From a virus (lineage: Duplodnaviria; Caudoviricetes), in IMG/VR virus record IMGVR_UViG_3300050146_000027, positions 1 through 64,000 of that record: a DNA stretch of 64,000 nt; one strand, written 5' to 3'. Below, piece by piece: positions 24,072 through 34,576 of the stretch. A model generated the notes under the pieces. The model saw nothing but the letters and a program-made list of their open reading frames with translations, was not told where the DNA came from and did not search any database. Each line of letters begins with the position of its first letter. The stretch's first letter is position 1. The translations under genes and the position numbers were made by a program.

Positions 24072-25972
24072 GCGAATGGACTGCACCCACTGTTGAGATT
24101 GACACTGCAATCGATGTCGTGTCAGAGGTGCCTGTCGAGACGCCGGTGATTATTCTTCTTGGTTCCAGCTCCAGCATTGAAGTCGCTACCAGTGGAGCAG
24201 AGGTCGTCATTGATGCCACCCTAGTCGATGAAGTTGTGGAGGTTTTGACCAAAACCAAAGGCGACAAGGGTGACAAAGGCGATACAGGAGAACGCGGCCT
24301 TCGAGGTCTTCGTGGTATTCCTGGCCCTGAAGGCTTACGTGGTCCAGATGGTCCAGATGGTCCTCGTGGCTTTCGTGGTGCCATGGGTACTGGGGGTGGT
24401 CAAGGAAACCAAGGCAATCAAGGTCCTCCTGGTGAGGTCGATACTGACTTGGTGATTGAGCTCGTCCAGCCTTTGCTGAACGAAGCTGCAGCCATTCCCA
24501 TTGCAGAGATTCAACAAGATCTGCAGAGCTTGCCTGGCAGTATCCTGAGCTCGTTCCTGGGTGACCTGGCCGGCCAAGACATTGCAGATGCTGACTGGGC
24601 AGCTGGTGACGACGATGTGCACCATGTTGGCACGGTAACTCTCACGTCGATGATCAACGACGAGATCTACAACAGCTATCGCAAGACGACAGCCATGCTT
24701 GCCCAAGTGGGTGATTCCTTGGGAGCCGTTCGAAGTGAGCAGTACGCTCAGGCCGAATATGGCCGAGCTACTGCCGGACAACTCACCCAGTTTGTTGCTC
24801 AGACTGGCACGAATGTTGCAGCCATTGAGCAGCGTCTTGAGGTTGTGTCTACTCAGACTTATGCAACTGCCACTGCCCTTGAGCAGTATAGTGTCACGAC
24901 CGATGGCTCTTTGGCCCAAGTCACCAATCGAATTGACCTTCTGGTTGACGACATCGGGGCTACAACCATTCTTCAAAATGAAGCCATTGCTGCAACCAAC
25001 GGCAATGTGGCTCTGCTTCAAGATACTGTGGAACTGCAAGCTGACGACATCGCAGCAACAGCAGAGGATTTGAATTTGTTGTCGGTGTCTGTCGGCCTTA
25101 TGGGCAGTGACATTACTGAGTTGTATACCTTGGTGGCTGACAGCGAAGATGGTCGGTTGTCTGCCAATTACCAGCTCAAAGCGCAGGTCACCGATGGCGA
25201 TCGTGTTGTACTGACTGGGATGGCATTGGGTGCTTCTGTTGGCGAGAATGGTGATTACCGTTCTGAGATCATCATGATGGCGGATACTATTGGTTTTCTG
25301 ACAGCCAATGGCGGAACTCTTCATCAACCATTTACGTTTGATGTTGCAAACGATACTGCTTACCTGAATTCAGTATTCATCAAGGATGCTGACATTACCA
25401 ATGCCAAGATTGCCAATCTGGCTGTGACATCAGCCAAGATCGATAACCTGGCTGTGACTGCTGCCAAGATCAATAACCTGGCAGTGACCAATGCCAAGAT
25501 TGCTTTGTCTGCAATCAAGACAGCGAATATCGAAGATGCCGCCATTACTCGACTGCAGGTGGCTGATGCTGCCATTGATACACTACAGATCAATGGAAAT
25601 GCGGTGACGGTGCCTGTTTCAGCGCAGTGGTCAGGTTATGCGTCAAACTTTAGTGGACAAATAACAAACACGAGTTCATCAAATTTTCAGGGTTCTCCGG
25701 TAGTTATATTTGCGCAAGCCACAGTTAGATCCGGAGGGTACGCGGCAGAAGTAGCCGTTCGGATATATAGAAACGGTACACATATAGCAACTGGCCCGTA
25801 TACCACTACATACAGGGGCCCGGAAGACCCGACCAATGCGTCGTCTACTTTTATATTTATTGATTATCCTGGCGCCGGAACTTTCAATTATGGGGTTGGG
25901 TGCTCAAAGTCCCCTGGGGTCTATGACGGCGTAATTCAAGCGGCAATTGTTGCGTTGGGGGTCAAACGATGA
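24068..25972 (+). CDS. tail fibre with collagen-like stalk, DUF1983-like (tail-tip J C-terminal) domain and AKI pentapeptide repeats
   Basis: 20 GXY triplets; YQLKAQV..G..LG..SEIIMMAD.IGF..PF....TAYLNSVFIKDA; TNAKI repeats. Confidence 0.8.
   Translation: MSEWTAPTVEIDTAIDVVSEVPVETPVIILLGSSSSIEVATSGAEVVIDATLVDEVVEVLTKTKGDKGDKGDTGERGLRGLRGIPGPEGLRGPDGPDGPRGFRGAMGTGGGQGNQGNQGPPGEVDTDLVIELVQPLLNEAAAIPIAEIQQDLQSLPGSILSSFLGDLAGQDIADADWAAGDDDVHHVGTVTLTSMINDEIYNSYRKTTAMLAQVGDSLGAVRSEQYAQAEYGRATAGQLTQFVAQTGTNVAAIEQRLEVVSTQTYATATALEQYSVTTDGSLAQVTNRIDLLVDDIGATTILQNEAIAATNGNVALLQDTVELQADDIAATAEDLNLLSVSVGLMGSDITELYTLVADSEDGRLSANYQLKAQVTDGDRVVLTGMALGASVGENGDYRSEIIMMADTIGFLTANGGTLHQPFTFDVANDTAYLNSVFIKDADITNAKIANLAVTSAKIDNLAVTAAKINNLAVTNAKIALSAIKTANIEDAAITRLQVADAAIDTLQINGNAVTVPVSAQWSGYASNFSGQITNTSSSNFQGSPVVIFAQATVRSGGYAAEVAVRIYRNGTHIATGPYTTTYRGPEDPTNASSTFIFIDYPGAGTFNYGVGCSKSPGVYDGVIQAAIVALGVKR
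24260..24439 (+). repeat. collagen-like (Gly-X-Y)20 repeat
   Basis: GDK GDK GDT GER GLR GLR GIP GPE ... GNQ GNQ GPP GEV. Confidence 0.9.
25397..25504 (+). repeat. 30-nt tandem repeat (T..KI.NLAV, about 3.5 copies)
   Basis: ACCAATGCCAAGATTGCCAATCTGGCTGTG / ACATCAGCCAAGATCGATAACCTGGCTGTG / ACTGCTGCCAAGATCAATAACCTGGCAGTG. Confidence 0.85.
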
Positions 25973-26556
25973 TCAAGGTTGCCTACTTTATTCAAGCCGA
26001 TGGGCAGGTGTTTTCAATCCTCACTGGCCCGTCGCTTGCGGGTATGCCAGACGCACCTGCCGGTCAATTTGCAACCCTCACGGATTACAGCGGCCCGCTG
26101 CCAGCCTACTGGAATGGTTCGACGGTTCAGGCAATACCCATGCAGCCATCCTCCTCGCACGCCTGGAACTGGTCGACCAAGCAATGGGCCTACGATCTCA
26201 CCGAAGGCCGGGCGCAGAGCTGGTCCCGCATCAAGTCCGCCCGTAAATCCGCAGAGTTTGGTCCGTTCGTGTGGGGTGGTCACGTCTTTGATGGTGATGA
26301 GGTGTCGCGCAGTCGTTTTGGCGTGGCTCTTGAGGGGGCCAAAGAAGCGATTTCGGCAGGCAACACAACATGGTCAAAGCCATGGAAACTGGCAAACAAC
26401 GCTGTCATTATGCTTTCGGCGCCGGATCTTGTTGAGGTTGTTCGCGCCCACGGCGAGAACATGGAGGCCGCCCACGCCACGGCGGGGGTGCTCTCCTACT
26501 TCATCGACGCAGCAACCACTCCTGAAGAACTGGAGGCAATTCAATGGCCGGTCTAA
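25969..26556 (+). CDS. tail-fibre assembly/chaperone protein (DUF4376-like)
   Basis: QPSSSHAWNW..KQW; FDGDE.SR.R..W.LANN....LSA.DL; follows the fibre gene. Confidence 0.7.
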   Translation: MIKVAYFIQADGQVFSILTGPSLAGMPDAPAGQFATLTDYSGPLPAYWNGSTVQAIPMQPSSSHAWNWSTKQWAYDLTEGRAQSWSRIKSARKSAEFGPFVWGGHVFDGDEVSRSRFGVALEGAKEAISAGNTTWSKPWKLANNAVIMLSAPDLVEVVRAHGENMEAAHATAGVLSYFIDAATTPEELEAIQWPV

Positions 26557-26762
26557 AATCTTATTTGTGGAACCTGCTGGTCAGCTTGGACCAGTCCCTG
26601 AACACTATCCTTGGAGGGCATCCTGATGAGACAATCAGCAGTCGGGCAGCCAAGTCTCGAAAGCAAGGTAAACGTTGGGCATGTATCCTGTGCGACTTGC
26701 TCGACAAGCTGGACCCCAATCACTGTGAGAAGAGCATTGAAGCGGACGAAGGCTTCCATTAA
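26544..26762 (+). CDS. conserved small phage protein
   Basis: NLLVSLDQSLNTILGG.PDETISSR...W...LC.LLD.LDPNHC..SIE family pattern. Confidence 0.7.
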   Translation: MAGLKSYLWNLLVSLDQSLNTILGGHPDETISSRAAKSRKQGKRWACILCDLLDKLDPNHCEKSIEADEGFH

Positions 26763-26777
26763 TTGAAGAGAACAACC

Positions 26778-26948
26778 ATGGCAGCACCTACTCTTGAAAA
26801 AATTATTGAGCACCATCTGTCCCAGAATGCTGGACAGAAGTTGACTCCCCATCTTATTACTGGCTTGGTGATTCTTATTGGTCAGAACATCCGCCAAGCT
26901 GATTTGCACAAAGAACCTGCTGTGGTTGCGGAGGAATCTCATGATTGA
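26778..26948 (+). CDS. hypothetical protein
   Basis: ATG 26778; operon packing. Confidence 0.5.
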   Translation: MAAPTLEKIIEHHLSQNAGQKLTPHLITGLVILIGQNIRQADLHKEPAVVAEESHD

Positions 26949-28248
26949 CTTTGGCGACTATAAAGTGGACCTGGACACGGCCCGGCCCAATCCAACGAAC
27001 AACACTCAAGTTGTTCGTGGTGACTCTCCTCGCACGGCATTTAGCAAATACAACGACATGCTTGATGCTGTGCATCAAGTGACTCGTCATGTTGGTCCTT
27101 TGGCTCCATCTCCTACTTCACCGTGGATGCAGTGGCTGGATACAAGTATTGATCCTCCTGTTGAGCGCCAACGTAATAGCATCGATACTGCGTGGGTTCT
27201 TGCCACTGTAAATGGTGCTTTGCGAGTTGATTCAAATGGCAATGTGGGCATTGGCGTAAGCGACCCAGATGCACCTTTGGTCATAAAAGCAAACTCAGCC
27301 TCTTATGGCATTTCTGTGAGAGGGAGGTCATCTGATAGTGCGAGTCTGATTGCATTCCGTTCAAATAACAATTCTACGGAGTTGGCTCGTCTCTTAAGAT
27401 CTTCCGACGGGAACTTGGCAATCAGCAATACTTCTGGCGGTTCGTCAATAACACTGACTCCATTGGGGTCGAGCGGAAACTCTTACTTTTCTTTTACCTC
27501 CGCAGGAAACTTCACCAACGTCGGGACAAATGATGCGATTCATGTCATCAACCAGACCGACCCAGTCGCAACAAACAACAAAAGCCCGATTATCTCTTTG
27601 AGAAAAGCGGGAGTCATCTCATTCAATCTCTCTTGCGATGGCGGTAACACTGGTTTGACAAGGTATGACGCAAAGAGCAATACCGGTCAGCATCAATTTT
27701 ATACAGACGGTGTCGAGAGGGTAAAAATCAGTCCTCCCGGTAACTTGTTGGTCGGGATAACTTCTTCTTCTGCAAGGCTGCACGTTCAAGGTTCTGGTGG
27801 GGCAAATGATCTTGGTTTCTTTCAACAAGGTGGAACATCAAGCGCAGTGGTGGTGATCAACCATGAAGATCCTCTAGGAACAAACCCAGGATCGAGACCG
27901 GTTTTGTCTTTGAGAAAAGGAAACGTCACCTCGTTCAATTTATCAGTGGACGGTACAACGCTTGGGGCCACGTACTACGACGCTATTGGCCCCAATGGGC
28001 AACATCGCTTCTACACAAACGGAACCGAACGGCTGACCGTCAGAGAAAGCGGGTTCGTAGGTATTGGTACACCAACACCCACAGCAAGACTGGATGTCAG
28101 TAGCGATACGCTCCGGTTGAGAACAGCAAAGACGCCTGCCAGTGGGACTGCTACAGGCAATGCCGGTGACGTTTGCTGGGACGCCAGCTACATCTACGTC
28201 TGCGTAGCAACCAACACATGGAAGCGATCGGCAATCGCAACATGGTAA
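26941..28248 (+). CDS. second tail fibre / receptor-binding protein with internal duplication
   Basis: N-terminal GDSPRTAFSK.N anchor; GNVGIG repeats; C-terminal TGNAGDVCWDASYIYVCVATNTWKR. Confidence 0.8.
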   Translation: MIDFGDYKVDLDTARPNPTNNTQVVRGDSPRTAFSKYNDMLDAVHQVTRHVGPLAPSPTSPWMQWLDTSIDPPVERQRNSIDTAWVLATVNGALRVDSNGNVGIGVSDPDAPLVIKANSASYGISVRGRSSDSASLIAFRSNNNSTELARLLRSSDGNLAISNTSGGSSITLTPLGSSGNSYFSFTSAGNFTNVGTNDAIHVINQTDPVATNNKSPIISLRKAGVISFNLSCDGGNTGLTRYDAKSNTGQHQFYTDGVERVKISPPGNLLVGITSSSARLHVQGSGGANDLGFFQQGGTSSAVVVINHEDPLGTNPGSRPVLSLRKGNVTSFNLSVDGTTLGATYYDAIGPNGQHRFYTNGTERLTVRESGFVGIGTPTPTARLDVSSDTLRLRTAKTPASGTATGNAGDVCWDASYIYVCVATNTWKRSAIATW

Positions 28249-28268
28249 TATTTACCGGAGAAGCACAA

Positions 28269-28778
28269 GTGACCACTCAAATCAAGATCGCCATCCTGTT
28301 GGCCAGCACCCTGCTTATCTTTGGCTACACCAAAGCCATTCAACATCTTGCTTACCAAGATGGTGCCGCTTCTGTACAGTCAAGGTGGGACACGGAGACT
28401 GCCCGACGTGATCTCATCACTGAGCAGCTCAAGTCCAAAAACGAAAAGCTGAGCCAAGAGAACAAAGATCTCACGGCCGGCATTGCCACAAACCTGGAGA
28501 ATGCAAATGTCGCTCACGCAAAAGTCATTGCTGGTGTGCGTGCTGAGTACACTGACCGCTTGCGCAAGTCAGAAGCCCGCTCGGGAATTTATCGAGAGCA
28601 AGCCGAAGGTGGAGCCACTCAGTGCCGGCGTCTTGCAAGCCATGCAACCGAACTCGACCGAAGTCTTGAAGAAGGCCGATCAGTGGTACAAGAGCTCCGG
28701 ACTACTGTTGGACTCCGTGACCAACAACTCGAACAACTAGGACGGCAGATCCTTGCTGATCGTGCACTCCTGAATTGA
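28269..28778 (+). CDS. i-spanin (Rz-like)
   Basis: GTG start with GGAG RBS; N-terminal TM helix then coiled coil; next to the portal as in N4. Confidence 0.75.
   Translation: MTTQIKIAILLASTLLIFGYTKAIQHLAYQDGAASVQSRWDTETARRDLITEQLKSKNEKLSQENKDLTAGIATNLENANVAHAKVIAGVRAEYTDRLRKSEARSGIYREQAEGGATQCRRLASHATELDRSLEEGRSVVQELRTTVGLRDQQLEQLGRQILADRALLN
28507..28740 (+). CDS. o-spanin (Rz1-like lipoprotein) nested in the i-spanin gene
   Basis: GGAG RBS; [19 protein letters not shown] lipobox; different frame, fully inside 28269-28778. Confidence 0.8.
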   Translation: MSLTQKSLLVCVLSTLTACASQKPAREFIESKPKVEPLSAGVLQAMQPNSTEVLKKADQWYKSSGLLLDSVTNNSNN

Positions 28779-28785
28779 GGCTTAC

Positions 28786-30999
28786 ATGCAGACCGACACC
28801 CAACATCCACAGTCCCCAGACGTTTCCAGCAAGATGACAACCTGGGCCAATGAGCCCACGTTGGCTGCATTGAAGACAGATCTGGAAGCGGCCAAGCCTG
28901 CACACGATGCTCAGGTTGCTCGCATCAATCACTGGAATGATCTGCTGAAAGTCAAAGGCAATGCCAAGCCCAAGACGGTGAAAGGTCGATCTTCTGTTCA
29001 ACCGAAATTGATTCGTCGCCAAGCTGAGTGGCGATACTCGGCTTTGAGTGAGCCGTTCTTGAGCTCACCCAAATTGTTCAACATCAATCCGGTGACGTTT
29101 GAAGACACGAAAGCGGCCAAACAAAATGAGTTGGTGCTGAACTGGCAGTTCCGGACCAAGCTCAACCGTGTGAAGTTCATCGACGATTACGTGCGTGCCA
29201 CTGTCGATGAAGGCACCTGCATTGCTAAGCTCGGATGGAAGCGAGCAACCAAAATGGTCAAAGAAGACGTGCCTGTCTTCGATCATTTTGAAATTGACAA
29301 TGAAGAGAATCTCAAGGTTCTGCAGCAGGCCATTGAGCTCAAAGTTTCGAATCCTCGTGAGTTCGAAGAAAAGGCAAGCCCTGAAGTCAAGGCCAGCGTT
29401 ACTTTGTATGAAGAGACTGGTCAGGCCACGATTGCCGTAAAAAATGGCACTCAAAAGGTTGATGTCGAAAAGGTGCTGGAGAATCGCCCTATCGTCGACA
29501 TCATGAACCCAGCCAATGTCTACATCGACCCGAGCTGTGGTGGTGACATTGACCGGGCTATGTTTGTTGCCATTACCTTTGAGACCTGCCATGCAGATCT
29601 GAAGAAGGAAGGCAAAAAATACAAGAACTTGGGCAAGGTTTTGCTTGATGGTGCCAATCCATTGAACGAACCCGACCATGCCACCAATACCCCGAACGAC
29701 TTCAACTTTGCTGACAAGGCACGGAAGAAGGTCGTGGCCTACGAATACTGGGGCTATTTCGACATTGAGGGTAATGGCGAGCTGGTTCCATTTGTGGCTA
29801 CCTGGATCGGCAATGTTTTGATTCGAATGGAGCTCAATCCATTCCCCGACCAGAAGCTCCCTTTTGTTGTGGTTCCCTACCTGCCGGTCACTCGTGATCT
29901 GTACGGTGAGCCTGATGCTGAGCTGCTGGAAGACAATCAGCGTGTCCTGGGTGCGGTCATGCGTGGCATGGTTGACTTGATGGGCAAGTCGGCCAATGCA
30001 CAGCAGGGCATGGCCAAGGGTTTGTTGGATCCTTTGAACCGTCGTCGATTTGATTCCGGTGAGAACTACGAGTTCAACCCCAATCAGCATCCCAACAACG
30101 GGATGCTTCAGCATACCTTTCCAGAGATTCCTCAGTCAGCCATGCTGATGCTGGGTTTGCAGAACCAAGAAGCAGAAGGCCTCACTGGTGTGAAGTCCTT
30201 CAGTGGTGGTGTCTCAGGTGCTGCTTACGGTGACGTGGCTGCTGGTATTCGGGGCGCACTGGATGCTGCCTCCAAACGAGAGATGGCTATTCTCCGTCGT
30301 TTGGCTAAGGGCATGTCGGACATTGGCAGCAAAATCATTGCCATGAACGGTGAGTTCATGTCTGAGTCGGAAATCATCCGGATCACCAATGAAGAGTTTG
30401 TCGATGTGCTTCGTGAAGACCTGGCCGGCAACTTCGACTTGGAAGTGGACATTTCGACGGCTGAGGTTGATGACGCCAAAGCCAAGGACCTGGGTTTCAT
30501 GCTGCAGACTCTGGGTCCAAACATGGACAGCAGTATCACCATGATGATCCTGTCTGAGATTGCTCGACTCAAGCGCATGCCTGAATTGGCCAACATGCTT
30601 ACCAATTGGAAACCTACTCCCGATCCTTTGGCTCAGGCTCTCAAAGAAGCTGAACTTCAAAAAGCCCAGAAAGAGGTTGAAAAGCTGCAAAGCGAGATCG
30701 ACCTCAATCAGGCCAAAGCTGCTGAAGCTCGTGCCAGCAAGGAACAGAAAGACTTGGACTTTGTCGAACAGGAGACCGGTACCAAGCACGCCCGTGAACT
30801 TGAGAAACAAGGTGGCCAGGCTCGTGGCAATCAGAATTTGGAAGTGACCAAGGCTTTGCTGAAATCACGCAAGCCTGATGAATCTGCTCCTGATGTTGAA
30901 GCAGGTATTGGCTTCAACCAACTTAGTGATATGATTGAGGGAGGACAAGGCCAACCTGGCCTGGGTTCCATCCCAGCAATCCAAGCACCGAGCTACTAA
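28786..30999 (+). CDS. portal protein (N4 gp59-like)
   Basis: [48 protein letters not shown]. Confidence 0.92.
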   Translation: MQTDTQHPQSPDVSSKMTTWANEPTLAALKTDLEAAKPAHDAQVARINHWNDLLKVKGNAKPKTVKGRSSVQPKLIRRQAEWRYSALSEPFLSSPKLFNINPVTFEDTKAAKQNELVLNWQFRTKLNRVKFIDDYVRATVDEGTCIAKLGWKRATKMVKEDVPVFDHFEIDNEENLKVLQQAIELKVSNPREFEEKASPEVKASVTLYEETGQATIAVKNGTQKVDVEKVLENRPIVDIMNPANVYIDPSCGGDIDRAMFVAITFETCHADLKKEGKKYKNLGKVLLDGANPLNEPDHATNTPNDFNFADKARKKVVAYEYWGYFDIEGNGELVPFVATWIGNVLIRMELNPFPDQKLPFVVVPYLPVTRDLYGEPDAELLEDNQRVLGAVMRGMVDLMGKSANAQQGMAKGLLDPLNRRRFDSGENYEFNPNQHPNNGMLQHTFPEIPQSAMLMLGLQNQEAEGLTGVKSFSGGVSGAAYGDVAAGIRGALDAASKREMAILRRLAKGMSDIGSKIIAMNGEFMSESEIIRITNEEFVDVLREDLAGNFDLEVDISTAEVDDAKAKDLGFMLQTLGPNMDSSITMMILSEIARLKRMPELANMLTNWKPTPDPLAQALKEAELQKAQKEVEKLQSEIDLNQAKAAEARASKEQKDLDFVEQETGTKHARELEKQGGQARGNQNLEVTKALLKSRKPDESAPDVEAGIGFNQLSDMIEGGQGQPGLGSIPAIQAPSY

Positions 31000-31013
31000 G
31001 AGGAATTTCCACC

Positions 31014-31349
31014 ATGTCTGAAACCGCCGCACTGATCAAGCAACAAGAAGATGCCAAGGCCTTCATGGCTCGCCGTGATACGGCTTTGAGGCTCTACGAC
31101 AATCCTGACTTCAAGAAACTCATCCTGAAGGAATTCTGTGTCGAAGAATGTGCTCGCTACGTGCACACCAGTGCCGACCCTGCGCTGAAGCCGGAGAATC
31201 GTGCTGATGCCCTGGCTCTTGCCCAGGCTGCTGGCCATCTTCGCCGCTGGTTGTCGGTGGTTGTCCAGATGGGCAATCAGGCCGAAGGCCAACTCCAAAG
31301 CCTGGATCAGGCCATCGAAGAAGCTCGTCAAGAAGGGGGCGCTGAATGA
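31014..31349 (+). CDS. N4 gp58-like protein
   Basis: L..NPDFKKLIL..F...ECARY...S.DP; synteny. Confidence 0.7.
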   Translation: MSETAALIKQQEDAKAFMARRDTALRLYDNPDFKKLILKEFCVEECARYVHTSADPALKPENRADALALAQAAGHLRRWLSVVVQMGNQAEGQLQSLDQAIEEARQEGGAE

Positions 31350-32561
31350 CTGGTGAAATCCTCGCCATGTCGGACGAGGAGTTTCTGAAACTCAGCGAAC
31401 CCCCGGCAGTGTCTGGGGCTTCGACTGAATCGTCAGATTCCACGGTCACCGACGAAGAGCGTGCTGCTGAACAGGCTGCAGCCGCTTCTGCCCAAGCTCA
31501 AGCAGATGCTAACGCAGCTGCTGAGTTGTCCCGTCAAACTGAAGAAGCAGCTGCGCTTGCCTCACAATGGTGATACAGTCGCCACCGAGTCCGGTGAGCA
31601 AACTCCCACGGCAAACAAGCCCGCTGAGAATGCGCCCCCTGTTGATCAATCAGGCAAGGCAAATTCCAGTGGCGAGTCCACAGAAAATTCTTCTGTTGGT
31701 TCCAAGGCTGAAGGCCAGGGTGAGACTCCCGACTATGAGGGGTTCTACAAGCAGATCATGTCGCCGCTAAAAGCGAACGGCAAAACGATCACTTTGCAGG
31801 ATCCCAAAGAAGCGATTCAGCTCATGCAGATGGGCGCCAATTACACCCGCAAAATGCAGGAATTGGCGCCTCACCGCAAACTGCTGATGATGCTTGACGC
31901 CAACGGCTTGATGGATGAAGGTCAACTTTCTTTTGCCATTGACTTGGTGAAGAAGAATCCTGAAGCCATCAAGAAGTTGGTCAAAGACGCTGGCATTGAT
32001 CCTCTGGATATTGATGCCAGCACTGAACCGAACTACCAAGCAGGCAATCACAGGGTGTCTGATCAGGAAGTGTCTTTCGCCACTGTCCTTGACGATGTCA
32101 AGGGCAAGGATGGCGGTACCGAGACGCTCCGGGTCATTCAGACCCAATGGGATCAAGCCAGCAAGGATGTGTTGTGGGCAAACCCAGATCTGATGGACAC
32201 GATTCACGAACAGCGTGCTTCGGGCATTTATGGCCGAATTGCCGATGAAGTGGAACGCCAAAAGACCCTTGGTGCCATCCCTGCTCAGATGCCTTTCATC
32301 CAAGCCTACAAGGCTGTCGGTGACAAACTGGCTGATGCCGGCGCGTTCAACGATCTGGTGAAGACAGAGCCAGCGAAACCTCAAGAGTCCAAGACTCCTG
32401 TGGCCACTCGTGCAGCTGTTGTCAAACCGGTGGTCAAGAATGGCGACAAGGTCAATGCTGCTTCGGCAATACGAACCACTCCCAAGACTGCTGAAATGAA
32501 GGTCAATCCTTTGTCGCTGAGCGACGATGACTTCATGAAGCAAATGGCAAACCGCCTGTGA
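31346..32561 (+). CDS. N4 gp57-like protein (scaffold-like), interrupted by a +1 frameshift near 31565
   Basis: N-part 31346-31573 (ILAMSDEEF, Ala/Glu-rich) and C-part in the +1 frame ([27 protein letters not shown]). Confidence 0.75.
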
Positions 32562-32571
32562 AGGAAACACC

Positions 32572-33801
32572 ATGTTGAATTACAACGCCCCGGCCGACGG
32601 CCAGAAGTCGAGCATCGACGGTGATGGCTCCGACCAACTGAACACCTTTTTCTGGTTGAAGAAGGCCATCATCGAGACCCGCAAGGATCAGTTCTTCATG
32701 CCACTGGCTTCGGTCGTGAACATGCCCAAGAACTACGGCAAGACCATCAAGGTCTATGAGTACGTTCCTCTGCTGGATGATCGCAACATCAATGACCAAG
32801 GCATCGACGCCAACGGTGCCACCATGGCCAAGGGCAACCTGTATGGTTCCAGCCGTGACGTGGGCACCATCACCGGCAAGCTGCCTCTGCTGACCGAAAA
32901 CGGTGGCCGTGTGAACCGTGTCGGCTTCACCCGTCTGACCCTGGAAGGTTCGATCCACAAGTTCGGCTTCTTTTATGAGTTCACCCAGGAAACTCTGGAC
33001 TTCGACTCCGACGACATGCTCAAAGATCACCTGGCCCGTGAACTGCTGAGCGGTGCTGTGCAGCTGACTGAAGCTGTTCTGCAAAAGGACCTGCTGGCCG
33101 GTGCTGGTACCATCCTGTACGCCGGTGCTGCCACGAGCGACGACGAAGTAACCGGTGAAGTGACTCCTCCTGCCGGTGGTGCACCTGAACTGCCTGCCTC
33201 TGTGCTGAGCTACCGCAACCTGATGCGTCTGGACCAAATCCTGACCGACAAGCGCACGCCCAAGCAGACCAAGGTGATCACCGGCTCCCGCATGGTTGAC
33301 ACCATGGTCATCCCTGCCGGCCGCATCGCCTACGTTGGCTCCGAGCTCGTGCCCTGGCTGAAGGAAATGAAGGACCTGTTCAACAACAAGGCCTTCATCG
33401 AAGTGCAGCACTATGCTGACGCCGGTACCGTCCTGAACGGCGAGATCGGCAGCATTGATGCCTTCCGCTTCATCCAGGTGCCCGAGATGCTGCACTGGGC
33501 TGGTGCTGGTGCCATCGTCGATGACAACCCTGGATACCGTTCAACCTTGGTCGGCGGCACGGAGCACTACGACGTGTTCCCCATCCTGGTTGTGGGCGAT
33601 GACAGCTTCACCACGATCGGTTTCCAGACCGATGGCAAGACCGTGAAATTCTCGGTCATCACCAAGATGCCTGGCCAAGCCACTGCGGATCGCAACGATC
33701 CCTACGGCGAAACCGGTTTCAGCTCGATCAAGTGGTACTACGGTATCCTGATCAAGCGTCCCGAGCGGCTGGGCCTGATCAAGACTGTTGCTCCTGTCTG
33801 A
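32572..33801 (+). CDS. major capsid protein (N4 gp56-like)
   Basis: [39 protein letters not shown]; [11 protein letters not shown]; [16 protein letters not shown]. Confidence 0.95.
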   Translation: MLNYNAPADGQKSSIDGDGSDQLNTFFWLKKAIIETRKDQFFMPLASVVNMPKNYGKTIKVYEYVPLLDDRNINDQGIDANGATMAKGNLYGSSRDVGTITGKLPLLTENGGRVNRVGFTRLTLEGSIHKFGFFYEFTQETLDFDSDDMLKDHLARELLSGAVQLTEAVLQKDLLAGAGTILYAGAATSDDEVTGEVTPPAGGAPELPASVLSYRNLMRLDQILTDKRTPKQTKVITGSRMVDTMVIPAGRIAYVGSELVPWLKEMKDLFNNKAFIEVQHYADAGTVLNGEIGSIDAFRFIQVPEMLHWAGAGAIVDDNPGYRSTLVGGTEHYDVFPILVVGDDSFTTIGFQTDGKTVKFSVITKMPGQATADRNDPYGETGFSSIKWYYGILIKRPERLGLIKTVAPV

Positions 33802-33816
33802 TGACTGGGCACCGAG

Positions 33817-33844
33817 AACCAAGGGGGAAACCCCTTGGTTTTTT
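33817..33844 (+). terminator. terminator after the major capsid gene
   Basis: AACCAAGGGG-GAAA-CCCCTTGGTT-TTTT. Confidence 0.85.
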
Positions 33845-33864
33845 ACAACCTGTGGAGAGATTTC

Positions 33865-34488
33865 ATGAGCGAACAATCTGAAGGCACCGGCCAAACCGAT
33901 GAGCTGCAAATCGATGAGTTGACGTTGCTGAAGCAACGTGCTCGCATGATGGGCATCACTTTTTCCAACAACATCAGCGTCGAGACACTGAGTGAGAAGA
34001 TTGCTGCCAAGCAGGCCGGCAATGCAGATGAGGCACCCAAAGCGGATGCTGATGTCGAAGTCAAAACCGAAAATCCCTTGGCTGTTGAAGAAACCCCCAA
34101 ACAAAAAAAGCTGTCGGTCCGCAATTACATGATCCAAGAGAACATGAAGTTGGTCCGCATTCGCGTCACCTGCCTGGATCCGAAGAAGAAGGAATGGCCT
34201 GGTGAGTTCCTGACTGTCGCCAATGAGTTCCTGGGCACTGTGACCAAATTCGTGCCTTTTGGTGAAGCCACGGACAACGGCTACCACGTCCCGCACTGCA
34301 TCTACAAGATGCTGAAAAACCGAAAGTTCCTGAGCATTCGGACGTTCAAGGACCGTGCCAATGCCGGCCAGATCAAGGTCGAGCAGCGTTGGGCCAACGA
34401 GTTCGCCATTGAAGTGATGGAACCGTTGACTGCCCAAGAGCTGGCCAAGCTTGCTGCTGCCCAGACCGCTGGTGGCAACATTAGCTGA
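33865..34488 (+). CDS. N4 gp55-like protein
   Basis: EL..LKQRA..MGI.FSNNI..E.L; LVRIR.TCLDPKK; VTKFVPF. Confidence 0.75.
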   Translation: MSEQSEGTGQTDELQIDELTLLKQRARMMGITFSNNISVETLSEKIAAKQAGNADEAPKADADVEVKTENPLAVEETPKQKKLSVRNYMIQENMKLVRIRVTCLDPKKKEWPGEFLTVANEFLGTVTKFVPFGEATDNGYHVPHCIYKMLKNRKFLSIRTFKDRANAGQIKVEQRWANEFAIEVMEPLTAQELAKLAAAQTAGGNIS

Positions 34489-34509
34489 ACCTGTTCTTCT
34501 TGGTTCGGC

Positions 34510-34540
34510 GGAGCCCTCCACATGGAGGGCTTCTTCGTTT
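34510..34540 (+). terminator. terminator-like hairpin
   Basis: GGAGCCCTCC-ACAT-GGAGGGCTTC-TTCGTTT. Confidence 0.6.
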
Positions 34541-34576
34541 AAGATACCCCCAACTCATATTTGATTGGAGCAGGCC

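Noticed and set aside
24068-28248. Diversity-generating retroelement or invertible tail-fibre switch
   Set aside because: No reverse transcriptase, template/variable repeat pair, recombinase or flanking inverted sites in the window.
31461-31566. Leu-rich N-terminus of the 366-aa ORF as real protein
   Set aside because: It is the +1 shadow of the Ala-rich frame (GCT read as CTG) and has no RBS.
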